This document shows positions 25,514 through 35,742 of a DNA stretch of 52,778 bases, piece by piece. The number at the start of each line of letters is the position of its first letter. Position 1 is the first letter of the stretch. The position numbers and the translations under genes are program-made. This stretch comes from a virus (lineage: Duplodnaviria; Caudoviricetes): positions 1 through 52,778 of the IMG/VR virus record IMGVR_UViG_3300021375_001117, one strand, 5' to 3'. The notes below the pieces were generated by a model. The model was not told the origin of the DNA. It searched no databases and saw only the letters and a list, made by a program, of their open reading frames with translations.

Positions 25514-26600
25514 CTAAAGTCTCCTCATCAACATCATCAAAGTTATCTTCTAAAGGATGATAATCTCTGTTTGGGTTAGTTCCCCATTCATCCATTACCA
25601 TTTGTAGTTTTTCAGCATCGTTCCATTGCTTTCTAAAATGCTTATGCTCTTCTCCTGTTACTGGACTTACATAAAGCAGTTTATTTCCTACTTTAGTAAA
25701 TATTTCTTTGCTTTCAAAGATATCTACTAGTCCACTAATTGGTTCTAAGCCTGTGTCATATGGTATTTTCAATTGAACTTGTTCAAACGGTTTGCTGTAA
25801 CGAGACTTCATTACTTTGCATTTCGCTCTAATACCTTTAACATCAGTAACTTTGTTGCCGTCTAAATCTTCTTTTAGTTTTAACTTTTGAAGTGCTACAA
25901 CAATGCTACTTGCATATATAAAGCCTTGACCACCTGATATTTTATCATCTGGATCAAACATATCTTGTGATGCATAAGTGTGGTTAGTTGCCACAAGTGC
26001 TATCGGATAAGGTGCTAATTGGTTAACAGTATTTCTAATCAATGCTGTTAGAGCCTTAGGTTTTCTACCTAAGTCGCCTTTTAGGTCACCCTTATCAAAT
26101 TGTGCTACATCAGTAGGTGTTAATAACATACCTAGACTATCTATTACAAATACAAGTTTAGGCATCTCTTCATATTCTAAGTCGCCATAGTTTGATTTGT
26201 AGTCTTTCAAAAAATCACCAAGTGTCTTAGCAACGTCATCAATCATAGACACACTAATTCTTAATAATTTTTCAGGTGATGTATCAACATCTAATGCTTT
26301 TAACCAGTCCTCATCTAGAGCATTCTCGGAATCAAATAAAACTACTTGACACCCCATCTTTTGTGCTTGGTGAACCAAACTTCCGGAGCATAAGAAACTT
26401 TTACCTGAGCCGGACTCTCCAGCAAAAACACTCACCTTACCAAGAGGGATTCCTTTATTGAAATCCCCGCTGATAAGATAATTGAGTGCAAAGTTACCCG
26501 TACTGATCCAATCTTGTGGATCGTGGAATCCAGCACTAATGCCTGATATACTTTTAGTTACACTGGTCCTAAATTTACTTAAATCAAAAGGTTTTTGCAT
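25488..26600 (-). CDS. uvsX: UvsX / RecA-like recombinase
   Basis: ISTG, GESGSGKS, FDSENA, VIDSLG, SGG motifs. Confidence 0.92.
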   Translation of the reverse strand: MQKPFDLSKFRTSVTKSISGISAGFHDPQDWISTGNFALNYLISGDFNKGIPLGKVSVFAGESGSGKSFLCSGSLVHQAQKMGCQVVLFDSENALDEDWLKALDVDTSPEKLLRISVSMIDDVAKTLGDFLKDYKSNYGDLEYEEMPKLVFVIDSLGMLLTPTDVAQFDKGDLKGDLGRKPKALTALIRNTVNQLAPYPIALVATNHTYASQDMFDPDDKISGGQGFIYASSIVVALQKLKLKEDLDGNKVTDVKGIRAKCKVMKSRYSKPFEQVQLKIPYDTGLEPISGLVDIFESKEIFTKVGNKLLYVSPVTGEEHKHFRKQWNDAEKLQMVMDEWGTNPNRDYHPLEDNFDDVDEETLDGQSTTTE

Positions 26601-26612
26601 TGCACAACCTCC

Positions 26613-27647
26613 TTAAGATTCAGTAGAACGGTTTCTAATCATTGCCAAAATATCTTCAGTAGAACTGTTGCCGTTGCTGGCAGAAGCATTTTCCTCTACT
26701 GGAGTACTTGGAGTTGGATTAGATACACTTTGCACTACGGCTTCATTACTAGTTTCAGAGGCTACGGATTCTTCGCTAGTAGATGAACTTGTTGTAGGAG
26801 TTGCTGGTGCAGGTGCTGGAGCCTGTGCAGGTGCTGATGCAGTTTGAACACTAGTTGTATTCAATTGCATTCCTGCTGGCTTGTAAAAACTACCCCATCT
26901 CTCTGGATCGTATAGTTCTCCATTAACACTTGCCTCAAACATTTCCTTGATAACTTGTAGTTCTTGGTCTCCTGGTTGCTTAGGTAAGAACGATTTTAAA
27001 TCGTGTAAACCGTGTGTATCAACAGCAGATAGTTCTTCTTCTGTTAGAGCAGATTCTTTTCTTGCCCATTTAGAAGTACTGTAGTCTGCATATTGACCTT
27101 TGGTTGTTTTTGATAAACGGAAGTCTGTTCCATTTACATAATCTGTTGGAATGTTTTCCATATCTGGATCCATTAGTGCACCTTTGATAATATTAAATAT
27201 CTGTGGTCCAATAATAAATCTTCTAATTGGATTCTCTGGTTTAGTATCTTCTTGTAAAGCATCTTCTTTCACAAATCCTTGAAAGATATAACTTTTCTTT
27301 TTCCAATACTTTCTACCCATATCTTCTAGACTTGGATCTTTGAACCAAGGTCTAACTTCCTGTAGTACTGGACATTGTCCACCATACATTTCTACGCACG
27401 GTACTTGTACGATAACGGGTCTGGAGTCTCCTCCTTTTATACCAGGGAATGGTAATCTAATCATTAACCTTTCTGTCCAGAACAAAATGTTGTCCGGGTC
27501 ATTGTCAGGTAAAAATCTTAGTGTTGTGGACTGACCTTCTGCGATATTCCAGAACGGATATACTGCGTTGTCCATTTGTGAGTTGCTACCGCCTGGTTTT
27601 GATTCCATCGATGCTAACTTTTGTCTTATTTCAGCCAATGTTGCCAT
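26613..27647 (-). CDS. Single-stranded DNA-binding protein (T4 gp32-like)
   Basis: LRFLPD, CPV, YWKK.SY, GTDF, ADYSTS motifs; low-complexity tail. Confidence 0.9.
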   Translation of the reverse strand: MATLAEIRQKLASMESKPGGSNSQMDNAVYPFWNIAEGQSTTLRFLPDNDPDNILFWTERLMIRLPFPGIKGGDSRPVIVQVPCVEMYGGQCPVLQEVRPWFKDPSLEDMGRKYWKKKSYIFQGFVKEDALQEDTKPENPIRRFIIGPQIFNIIKGALMDPDMENIPTDYVNGTDFRLSKTTKGQYADYSTSKWARKESALTEEELSAVDTHGLHDLKSFLPKQPGDQELQVIKEMFEASVNGELYDPERWGSFYKPAGMQLNTTSVQTASAPAQAPAPAPATPTTSSSTSEESVASETSNEAVVQSVSNPTPSTPVEENASASNGNSSTEDILAMIRNRSTES

Positions 27648-27704
27648 AATATTTTTCTCCTATTTTGCCTTGTTTGTATGGAAACTTTCCATACTGTTGC
27701 CTTA

Positions 27705-27733
27705 ATTATATTGCCAAGATAGATAAATGTCAA
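27705..27733 (-). promoter_or_regulatory. Consensus sigma70 promoter for the gp32-uvsX operon
   Basis: TTGACA-N17-TATAAT; an additional TATAAATA late motif lies at 27772-27779. Confidence 0.85.
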
Positions 27734-27774
27734 CCTATTTTTTAAAAAAGTTTTTAATTATCTAACAGTATTAT

Positions 27775-29724
27775 TTATATATCTTTAGTCAAATCTTCTA
27801 TAAAATCGGTAAATTCTTTACTTTCATTTATACTTTCATTTATCTGCGAACCTTGTCCAGACATAATTTTTTTGATTGTGTTTGTTTCAAATTCGCTTAA
27901 AGATACATTATTTTTAATCTTTCTAACACTATTGAGTAGTAAGTATTTTAGACTATCGCCTTGTACCATACTAGTCATTTCAGTTAACCATTCTGTAAGA
28001 TTGGATTCTGGATTAAGTGTTCTAAAGAAACTTTTTGAAATAGCAGTTGTATCTAGTTCTTCATTTACTCTGCTTTCAAAATTTTGTTTTTGTTTATTAA
28101 ATTTATTAAGTGTACCTAATACACTTTCTATTCTAGAGTCAACGAATGTCTCTTTGAAATAATTCATTAGGTCTTCGTTGTCTTCTTCTATGATTTCGTT
28201 TTGTGAAAATACTGCAAGTTCACTTATTGCTCTGGTGTATGTTTTTGCACCTGCTAAAGATTTAAGTATGTCTCTGCTGTTACTTAAATTTTCAACTGCA
28301 AGTTTTACATACTCTTCGTTTTCTTCGTTCATTAAGTTTTTGCTCTTTACAGCATTTAAAAATTGTCTTACTGTGGATAGGTTGCCAGTCATTTCTACAA
28401 TTTGCTCGCCTATTGTGTCGTGGACTTCTCCGCCATTACTCATATGACGTGCCATTGCTCTAGCACCTATCATTGAATTTACTGGAAACTTAAATCTTTC
28501 TCCAGCACGTTCTATAAAAATCTTGCTGATGTTTCTGCTTCTAGATCCTTTGACGTCTTCGTCTACTTCTTTCTTGTGTCTCACGACAATTTTAACGTCT
28601 TGGTCTAATGGTTGGTAACTTGTTTTTCTTGAACCTGATAATTTGCCAAAGCCTTCTTCAACTCTTCTTTTTTTATTTTTTTCTGGCTTATCGTGCTTGT
28701 CTATTCTTTTGGTATCGAATGTATCTTCAATTCTGCCTTCGTCTTTCTTCTTTTTGTCTTTGACTGCTTTTTTCATTGGCTCTTCTTTGTCGCCATCGCC
28801 GTCTAAATCTAGAAAGTCGGGTTTGGAGCCTTCATCAACTGAAGAAATACACTTTGCCATTTCTTTGCACTTGCTACAACGACCTACATTATCCTCAATT
28901 TCGCCTTCGATAGGAGCATCACAGCAATTACTGACTTTACTTTTCCCTTCGCTAACAGCATCTTCTAAGCCAGACAGACTTATTACGTCTTTAACTTTTT
29001 GTTGATGGTCAATCATTGTTTGGACATCTTCATCTGAAATTTCGCCTTCTGAAGGATATCTCCAATCATCATTGACATAGTGTCCGGAATCTTCAACTGA
29101 TGTGCCTAAATCTTCCATTGCAACACCGGCATCGGTTTGTGGTTCATCGCCCATACCCATCTGATATAGAGTATTAAAGATGCTTGACATTGCATCTTCT
29201 ATTAATTCTTTGCTCATAGAAGCAAGTGGTAATTTAACAAATTCCATAGCCAAATCGTTTTCGTATTCGTAGTCATCTTGAGGACCGTCTGGATCGATAA
29301 ACGGTTCATTACTTGTATGGTGATGACCATCTGGATTCTTTTCTTCGTCTGTTTTTACTTCTAGTCCTGCTAGTTTTCTTAATTCGTTTATTCCTTCCAT
29401 TGTTTCTCTCTTAATTTGATAGGCTTGATCCTTTGGTGTAATGTTTTTATTAAATATTTTGTACTCGAACTTCATAAGTGAATCACCTGCTAGTTCTTTA
29501 ATTCTTTTTCTGATAGGCTCCATTTCTTCTACTGTGTGGGCACTACCTCTAGCAAGTTTTATAATATTGTCTTCTGGTTCGATTGATATCATTATGTTAG
29601 GACTTTCACTGTAAAATCTAGTACTCTCTTCTGCATCAGTACTAATTTTGCCTTCTTCGTTAAACATCTTAATACGAAATCCTAATCCGTTTAAAATATC
29701 AAATATATCATTTCCTACTTTCAT
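27775..29724 (-). CDS. Large modular late protein, probable head/scaffold component
   Basis: GATAAATA-N5-ATG; contains LRKLAGL, a CC...CxxC module and a DLDGDGD motif; next to terminase. Confidence 0.6.
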   Translation of the reverse strand: MKVGNDIFDILNGLGFRIKMFNEEGKISTDAEESTRFYSESPNIMISIEPEDNIIKLARGSAHTVEEMEPIRKRIKELAGDSLMKFEYKIFNKNITPKDQAYQIKRETMEGINELRKLAGLEVKTDEEKNPDGHHHTSNEPFIDPDGPQDDYEYENDLAMEFVKLPLASMSKELIEDAMSSIFNTLYQMGMGDEPQTDAGVAMEDLGTSVEDSGHYVNDDWRYPSEGEISDEDVQTMIDHQQKVKDVISLSGLEDAVSEGKSKVSNCCDAPIEGEIEDNVGRCSKCKEMAKCISSVDEGSKPDFLDLDGDGDKEEPMKKAVKDKKKKDEGRIEDTFDTKRIDKHDKPEKNKKRRVEEGFGKLSGSRKTSYQPLDQDVKIVVRHKKEVDEDVKGSRSRNISKIFIERAGERFKFPVNSMIGARAMARHMSNGGEVHDTIGEQIVEMTGNLSTVRQFLNAVKSKNLMNEENEEYVKLAVENLSNSRDILKSLAGAKTYTRAISELAVFSQNEIIEEDNEDLMNYFKETFVDSRIESVLGTLNKFNKQKQNFESRVNEELDTTAISKSFFRTLNPESNLTEWLTEMTSMVQGDSLKYLLLNSVRKIKNNVSLSEFETNTIKKIMSGQGSQINESINESKEFTDFIEDLTKDI

Positions 29725-29736
29725 ATAACTATTTAT

Positions 29737-31317
29737 CTAAAGCATTAAGATTGGAAGTGCTTCATCACCGCCTTCATCGTCGTCGTAATCGCCTAAACTC
29801 AATGTTACTGAGTCATATACACCTTCATCAAATGTAGCAACGTACTTGATTAGCCTAGCATTTATTATCATACTCATAACTAAATCGTCTGTTTCACCTG
29901 GTTTAGCACTAAAACTATTACCTCTACTAACAAAAGTTTTAAGTTCTCTAACTAAGTTTTTACTTTTAATTTTTAATTTACTGCTTTCAATCCAACGTTT
30001 TACTTCTAAGCAAGTTTCGACTTTGTTTCTATTTGTGGTATGGAATCCTTTTCTAGACTTTCTAGGTCCTGGTGCTCGTTTGGGTTCACTACAAAACATA
30101 CCTGGAAACTTTTCTTCGCCTGTTTCTCTAATAACAACTAGAGCGGCTTCACCTATAGCATTATTTTCTACTGTCCAATAAATCTCATCACACCCAGTAT
30201 CTCTTATTTCTGTGAGTATTTGTCTCATAGTTTTCATCTGTTGTTCTATTGGTGCTTTGTTGTTTTGCCATTCTGCAACTTGTTCCATACTGGGCAATTC
30301 AAAAACTGTGATTGCGGCAAAGTCTCCTCCTGTTCCTGTACTTGGATCTAATGCTATACAATAAATGCTGTCTTTGTTAGGCTTCTTGTACCACCTTACT
30401 TGTCCCATACGTTCTATAGGATCTATGCCTTTCATATCTATAAGTATTAAACTGTCTATTAGTGTTTCATCATATATAATAAATTCGCATTCGTGTTCAC
30501 GTCTAAAACGTTCTTCACCTATTCTACCACGTTCTTCTGTTGCCCATTCCTCGTTCCTGTCTGGATGCTCTTTCCAATGAACTTTGAATGCCTTAAACCC
30601 ATTGGTTCCTAATTCTTGTTCATCGCCTTTATGGTCTAATGTGTTACAAGCCTGACTCCAAATATTAGCAAATGTATCGTCATCGCTGTTTGGTGTGCTA
30701 GTAATAATACATTTACCACCTGTTGCTAGTGTGGGTGATAGTGAAGTCCAAAACTCCTTGGCTATTCTAGACGGCACAAATGCAAACTCGTCTAAATATA
30801 TTAATGAAAGCGACATACCTCTACCAGTATTTTCTGTAGTAGTTGTAGCAACAATTCTACTACCATTATCAAATTGTACACTACCTTTATTGTATTCTAC
30901 AACACCTGCTCTAATATGATTTGGAACTCCTTCATACGCATATCGTACTCTAGTCATAATCTCACTGGACCCTGTATGTTTATGTGCCGCAATTAATATT
31001 GTGCTGTCAGGCACAAACATCGCATACCAAAGCAAGTATCCTGCCGCACAGGTTGTTTTACCAGTTTGTCTAGGTAACATATTGATACTGAATCTGTATT
31101 GATGATAATTATCAACTAGAAAATTTTGAAACTTGAAAGGTTCAAATGCCATCTCTCCTTTTGTAGGATGCTGTATTTTCATAAAATTCTGCATAAAGTA
31201 TATAGGTCCTGTCTTTGGATCTAAACATAATGTCAGTTCTTCCATCTCCTCAGGAGTATACGGAGTCTTACTGTATGGCTTCTTTATTAGTTCTGTATTT
31301 GCTGTTCCTTTAGGCAT
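29737..31317 (-). CDS. Terminase large subunit (T4 gp17-like)
   Basis: PRQTGKT, YLDEFAF, ITSTPN, ALDPSTG, DDLVM motifs. Confidence 0.95.
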   Translation of the reverse strand: MPKGTANTELIKKPYSKTPYTPEEMEELTLCLDPKTGPIYFMQNFMKIQHPTKGEMAFEPFKFQNFLVDNYHQYRFSINMLPRQTGKTTCAAGYLLWYAMFVPDSTILIAAHKHTGSSEIMTRVRYAYEGVPNHIRAGVVEYNKGSVQFDNGSRIVATTTTENTGRGMSLSLIYLDEFAFVPSRIAKEFWTSLSPTLATGGKCIITSTPNSDDDTFANIWSQACNTLDHKGDEQELGTNGFKAFKVHWKEHPDRNEEWATEERGRIGEERFRREHECEFIIYDETLIDSLILIDMKGIDPIERMGQVRWYKKPNKDSIYCIALDPSTGTGGDFAAITVFELPSMEQVAEWQNNKAPIEQQMKTMRQILTEIRDTGCDEIYWTVENNAIGEAALVVIRETGEEKFPGMFCSEPKRAPGPRKSRKGFHTTNRNKVETCLEVKRWIESSKLKIKSKNLVRELKTFVSRGNSFSAKPGETDDLVMSMIINARLIKYVATFDEGVYDSVTLSLGDYDDDEGGDEALPILML

Positions 31318-31325
31318 AATAGTAT

Positions 31326-32093
31326 TTACCGTATTTTGCTGTTAAAATCATTAACTATGTGTTTAATTATTTTATGATTTACAGTAGGCCCTTGATGTGT
31401 TGTGTCTCTCGCTCTATTTTTTCTGTCCCAAAAGTATTTCTCGCCTACGATGTCTATAAGAAAAGGAATTTTTAGATGTGTAGCAACAAGTTCATCAACT
31501 GAATAATGTAACACAGGACAATCGAAATAAGAATCAATTAATTGCTTACACCAATTTGTATAAAAATGTGATGTAGCATAATCTTGTGACAGTTGCTCGA
31601 ATAATATTCTCTCATCATCTACTGACCATTTACCTATATTTCTTTGTGTGTCGTCATCTTTGAACAATGTAAAACGTGTAGGATATGTCATACAGTTTAT
31701 TACTGCTTTGGGTTTTATACCCTTTGAGTGTAGTATCTCACAATTTTTTACAGTGAACCAATTACTCACAGCAGGCATTCCTAAATTTATACTGGGTATG
31801 CCTGTTTGGGCAGTAAACATAGATGTCATAGTGTCACTATCGTCAACTCCTACTCCATAGACCCAACTGCAACCAAAAAACAAAACACTATTTTTCCAAT
31901 CACAATCTTCGAACTCTTTTGCTCTATAGCCTTGACTATTCAAAGTATAAGAGACTTTTTTGCCTAACCATTCCCAATTAGGGACTGCCTTATTTTTAAA
32001 CAGATAATTTTCCGTATTGTCATTACTGTCAAACGGAAACACACCTGGGTATTGGTTATGACTCGTGGATTTGCATAAAGCAGGGAATAACAT
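31326..32093 (-). CDS. SGNH/GDSL-like protein
   Basis: LNSQGYR, FFGCSWVYG, NLG, D..HQGP motifs. Confidence 0.55.
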   Translation of the reverse strand: MLFPALCKSTSHNQYPGVFPFDSNDNTENYLFKNKAVPNWEWLGKKVSYTLNSQGYRAKEFEDCDWKNSVLFFGCSWVYGVGVDDSDTMTSMFTAQTGIPSINLGMPAVSNWFTVKNCEILHSKGIKPKAVINCMTYPTRFTLFKDDDTQRNIGKWSVDDERILFEQLSQDYATSHFYTNWCKQLIDSYFDCPVLHYSVDELVATHLKIPFLIDIVGEKYFWDRKNRARDTTHQGPTVNHKIIKHIVNDFNSKIR

Positions 32094-32102
32094 AAATGTT
32101 AT

Positions 32103-33326
32103 TTATTGGCTTTTGTAACTGTCTCTTAAATAATTGAGTAGTGCTTTTTTATTAGTACCATAAGGATCAAAAGGTTTTTCTCCTTGCTCTGGTTGAGTAA
32201 CTGTTATTGCAACAGGCTCTGCCATTACTTCGCCGTCTGGTCCGTTATCTACTTCTCCATCTGAATGTGGAGACATTTCTTTTGGTAGGTCGTGTCCAAT
32301 TAATGCAAGTAAACGTTTCATTTCTTCCATAGAATCTGCACTTGCTTCTATGCTAACTGACCCTGTGTCTGAGGATTTTTCTTTTCTGAAGTGAACACTT
32401 TCCTTGTCACCTTCTGATGCATCACAGCAGGCTTCTTCTAAACCTGCTAATTTTTTTAAGTTGTTTATTTCTTCATTCATATCTATACTCTCATTTTGAT
32501 TATCGAAAAGTGGCAAACTTTCAATTGAATTATATTTCTTTAGTTTAGGATCATTTTCCTTTATAAAATCTTCTACTCTTTGCAACATCTGTTTTGTGTG
32601 TGCAAATCCTCTGTTATAAAGAAAGTTCACAATAAATCTTTCGTCATCTGTTATTTTATACTCTGCTGGTATGCCTCCGAAAGTGTTATCATTCAATAAA
32701 TTTTTAGCATTATCTTTAATCTTTGCCCAAAACTTTTCTTGTTTGTCTTGTTGCATAACTGAGTTAAATTCATCTGTAAAATGTTCCCAGACTCTTTGTA
32801 ATTGCATTTCATCTGTGATTGGTTCAAGACTAGGAACTCCGTAACCGCCTGACATACGTTGTTCTTCTTCTCTTGCTTTATTAGTATCTACTACAAATCT
32901 TAAAAAATTATCTGCAACTGGCATAGTTGAAAGATATTGGAAGTCTGGAATAGGTGCTTCTGTGAGTTCGTTACTTTCCATAGGAACATCTATGTCTGCT
33001 TCAGCAAACATTTCGTCTGCATCTTCTTGTGCTTGTTCTAATGCTTCTTCGTGTTCGGCACCGCCTGGTTTGATTTGTTCGTTTGCAAACTCATCATCTA
33101 TTTTTGCTAGACTATTTTCACTGCCTAGTTCATCAAAGTGTGCTTCTAAACTGTCTGGGATAACTTTTAAACCGTAAAAGCCGCCTAATCCACCAGCATC
33201 AATGTCGCCGTCTGATCCTACAACTTCTGCTGTATAACTTATTTCTCCGTCCACGGTGTTACCGTCATCGCCAGTAAACATATATTCTACAATGCCTTTA
33301 TACTCTTCACCTGGCATTGGATTCAT
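32103..33326 (-). CDS. Acidic hypothetical protein, probable head component
   Basis: 407 aa, Glu/Asp-rich, LKKLAGLEE motif. Confidence 0.6.
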   Translation of the reverse strand: MNPMPGEEYKGIVEYMFTGDDGNTVDGEISYTAEVVGSDGDIDAGGLGGFYGLKVIPDSLEAHFDELGSENSLAKIDDEFANEQIKPGGAEHEEALEQAQEDADEMFAEADIDVPMESNELTEAPIPDFQYLSTMPVADNFLRFVVDTNKAREEEQRMSGGYGVPSLEPITDEMQLQRVWEHFTDEFNSVMQQDKQEKFWAKIKDNAKNLLNDNTFGGIPAEYKITDDERFIVNFLYNRGFAHTKQMLQRVEDFIKENDPKLKKYNSIESLPLFDNQNESIDMNEEINNLKKLAGLEEACCDASEGDKESVHFRKEKSSDTGSVSIEASADSMEEMKRLLALIGHDLPKEMSPHSDGEVDNGPDGEVMAEPVAITVTQPEQGEKPFDPYGTNKKALLNYLRDSYKSQ

Positions 33327-33327
33327 T

Positions 33328-34065
33328 TTACTTTATTCCTGATAACTTTTGAAGTATTAGATTAAAATCTTCTATACTTTCTGCTTTAACTTGTACAGGT
33401 GCTGATACCTGCTTATCCTCAGAGTCTTTTTTAGATTTAATTTTTAATTGTTTCTCTGCTTGTCTTTTTTCTGTTTCTTTCTCTTTATCTTTTTTAGCAT
33501 CTTTTTTGGCTTCTGATTCTGCTCTTGCGGCAGATATAGCCTGGTTTACTACTTCTGCTGGAGATTGTCCAGTATCTTTAGCAGTATTCCACATAATTTT
33601 TGCTTTACCTTGGAAACTATTTCTAATTTCTGGTGTAATACCTCTTGCGTCTGCTGTTCTTAGAGCGTCATTAATAGCAAGGTTAAGTGAAGCAGATGTA
33701 TGTTTAGTTTCTTTTTCTTCGATAGGCTCTTCGTTGTTCTCTGCACTATTCATCATTTGATCCTTGTGCATTTGTTGGTCTTGTCGTTGAAGTCTCATAA
33801 CATCGCCCATTCCGCCTTCTATATATCTCAGCAATAAACTCAAAGGCTCTTTTAATGCACCTGATAAGTTTGATGGGATGGCTTTTCCTGCCATTGCGTG
33901 TTCTATTCCTCTTTTAGCATACATTGTTTTCTGAGCATCGTCGCCCATTAACTTTCTCAATGCCGCTAATTGTCCACCGCTTAGTTCTGGAATATCTGAG
34001 GTTGTAGTAGTACTATCTACTGTTGGCTCTTCAGTTATTGATTTGTCAAATTCGTCTATCCTCAT
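33328..34065 (-). CDS. Hypothetical protein, probable head component
   Basis: MRIDEF..SITEE N-terminus; C-terminal LQKLSGIK. Confidence 0.6.
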   Translation of the reverse strand: MRIDEFDKSITEEPTVDSTTTTSDIPELSGGQLAALRKLMGDDAQKTMYAKRGIEHAMAGKAIPSNLSGALKEPLSLLLRYIEGGMGDVMRLQRQDQQMHKDQMMNSAENNEEPIEEKETKHTSASLNLAINDALRTADARGITPEIRNSFQGKAKIMWNTAKDTGQSPAEVVNQAISAARAESEAKKDAKKDKEKETEKRQAEKQLKIKSKKDSEDKQVSAPVQVKAESIEDFNLILQKLSGIK

Positions 34066-34793
34066 TTTGTTAATCCTTGATTTATCTCAACATACTTAGG
34101 CTCTGGACCATAGTTGTGTTGACGTTGCAGAATATCCATAAGTGGTTTTAAGTTATCACCCATAAGTTCATCCTTAGTAGGATATGAACTGTAATACTCT
34201 GATCCTCTGCTGTCTTTTAATGCTTGGATCTTTTTCATCATTTCTTGATTTAATTCAATACCATATAAACTTAGGTCATCAACTAATATTTGATTAATCT
34301 TTTCATACCCTAAACTTTCGCCTTTTGCTTTGGCATCAGCATTTTCTAATTCGTAATGTGATTGTTCCTCTTTGTTTAACTCTGCATCTTCTTCGCTAAC
34401 AGTTCTTCCTTCATCGTTTTCCATTCTGTCTGCTTCTACTTCGTCAACATTTGTTCGAGGACTATCAACTTGTTGTACTATGATTTGCTCTGGGTTTATA
34501 CCAAAGTCTAATGCTAATAGTACTTCTAATAATCTTTCATTGATTGGGTATTTTAGTACAACATCTGTACTGCATACTTCTACAGGACCATCTAAAGGTC
34601 TGTTTTTAAAATCAATTGGGTTCTTTTGTATTGGAGTTCTCTTCCAATCTGATGCACTTTCAAATTGATATTTTGCTAGACTTCTTTCTAACAAGTTCAT
34701 ATCATCTGCTGTACACTCCATTGCAAACTTGATTCTGTATGCAATAGTCTTACTAAAACTTTCGCTTAGTATTTGTTTAAAATTTCTAGTCAT
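34062..34793 (-). CDS. Hypothetical late protein
   Basis: MTRNFKQILSES N-terminus; GATAAATA at 34815-34822 and GGAG SD. Confidence 0.65.
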   Translation of the reverse strand: MTRNFKQILSESFSKTIAYRIKFAMECTADDMNLLERSLAKYQFESASDWKRTPIQKNPIDFKNRPLDGPVEVCSTDVVLKYPINERLLEVLLALDFGINPEQIIVQQVDSPRTNVDEVEADRMENDEGRTVSEEDAELNKEEQSHYELENADAKAKGESLGYEKINQILVDDLSLYGIELNQEMMKKIQALKDSRGSEYYSSYPTKDELMGDNLKPLMDILQRQHNYGPEPKYVEINQGLTK

Positions 34794-34813
34794 ATCTAAA
34801 ACTCCGTATAAAC

Positions 34814-35296
34814 TTATTTATCATCTTTGTTGATAAATTTGAGTAAGTCGTTCCTATTAAAAATCTGTTGATTTGGGTTATTTGCTTGGTCTGGATCCAA
34901 GTCTTGGTCAAGTTTTTGTCTTTTAAGTTGTAAGTCTACCATTTTTAATTTCTTATCTATCTTGGTACTTTTGCTGTCTAATGCTACTTTTAGCATATTT
35001 GCGGCGTTATCAAATATTCTTCCTGCGTGTACATCCTGTACATTCATACCTAATCGCATAAGTTCTTCATAACTTTCCAGAGCCTTACTAGCAATATCAT
35101 CTAACTCTACATCTGCATTTGTAAGTCCTTTGACTTGTGGTAATGCTTCGTTAATACGGTCTGCTATGTCTAAAGCATCGTCTACTTCTTGTTTAGTCGC
35201 AGGAAGTTCAACAACTTCTTGTTCAACAACTTCTGCTTTTTCTGTTACCTCTTCTATAGGAGGTAAATTAAATTCTTCTTCTAATCTTTTTGTCAT
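34814..35296 (-). CDS. Probable terminase small subunit (T4 gp16-like)
   Basis: Size, central helical hairpin, C-terminal NRNDLLK motif and position near gp4 and gp17. Confidence 0.5.
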   Translation of the reverse strand: MTKRLEEEFNLPPIEEVTEKAEVVEQEVVELPATKQEVDDALDIADRINEALPQVKGLTNADVELDDIASKALESYEELMRLGMNVQDVHAGRIFDNAANMLKVALDSKSTKIDKKLKMVDLQLKRQKLDQDLDPDQANNPNQQIFNRNDLLKFINKDDK

Positions 35297-35739
35297 TTTC
35301 TTTTTCTTTTACCTGCGTTAGCAAACATATGACTTTCATTTAACACTCTAAAGTGTATGCCTTTACGTTTACACCACTCGTGAGCGGCTTTCCATTTTGC
35401 GGCATTTAAAACAACACTTGCCTTTTGAGATTGACTTCTTGCACTCTCCATTGTTGTTTGGGCACCTGGTTTAATTTCTATAACCTCAATCTTGGTACTA
35501 CCTTTCTTGTCTTTGTATTTAATCGAAAAGTCTGGAACATACACCGTAAACTTGCCCGTCATTGGATTTTGATATGGTATTTTTAAGTTCTCACTTGCCC
35601 ATTCGAGTACATAAGGATGGTCATCGCACATACGCATAAAGGCTAATTCCCAACTACTTCTGTAATAAGGATTCTTTTTGCCTACAAATTTTTGTGGATT
35701 TTTAGGAGTGTAAACACCTTGTGCAAATTTATTTGCCAT
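35293..35739 (-). CDS. Head completion nuclease (T4 gp4-like, TnsA fold)
   Basis: YRSSWE, WASE, YVPDF, EIKP, N.AKW.AA motifs. Confidence 0.9.
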   Translation of the reverse strand: MANKFAQGVYTPKNPQKFVGKKNPYYRSSWELAFMRMCDDHPYVLEWASENLKIPYQNPMTGKFTVYVPDFSIKYKDKKGSTKIEVIEIKPGAQTTMESARSQSQKASVVLNAAKWKAAHEWCKRKGIHFRVLNESHMFANAGKRKRK

Positions 35740-35742
35740 AAG

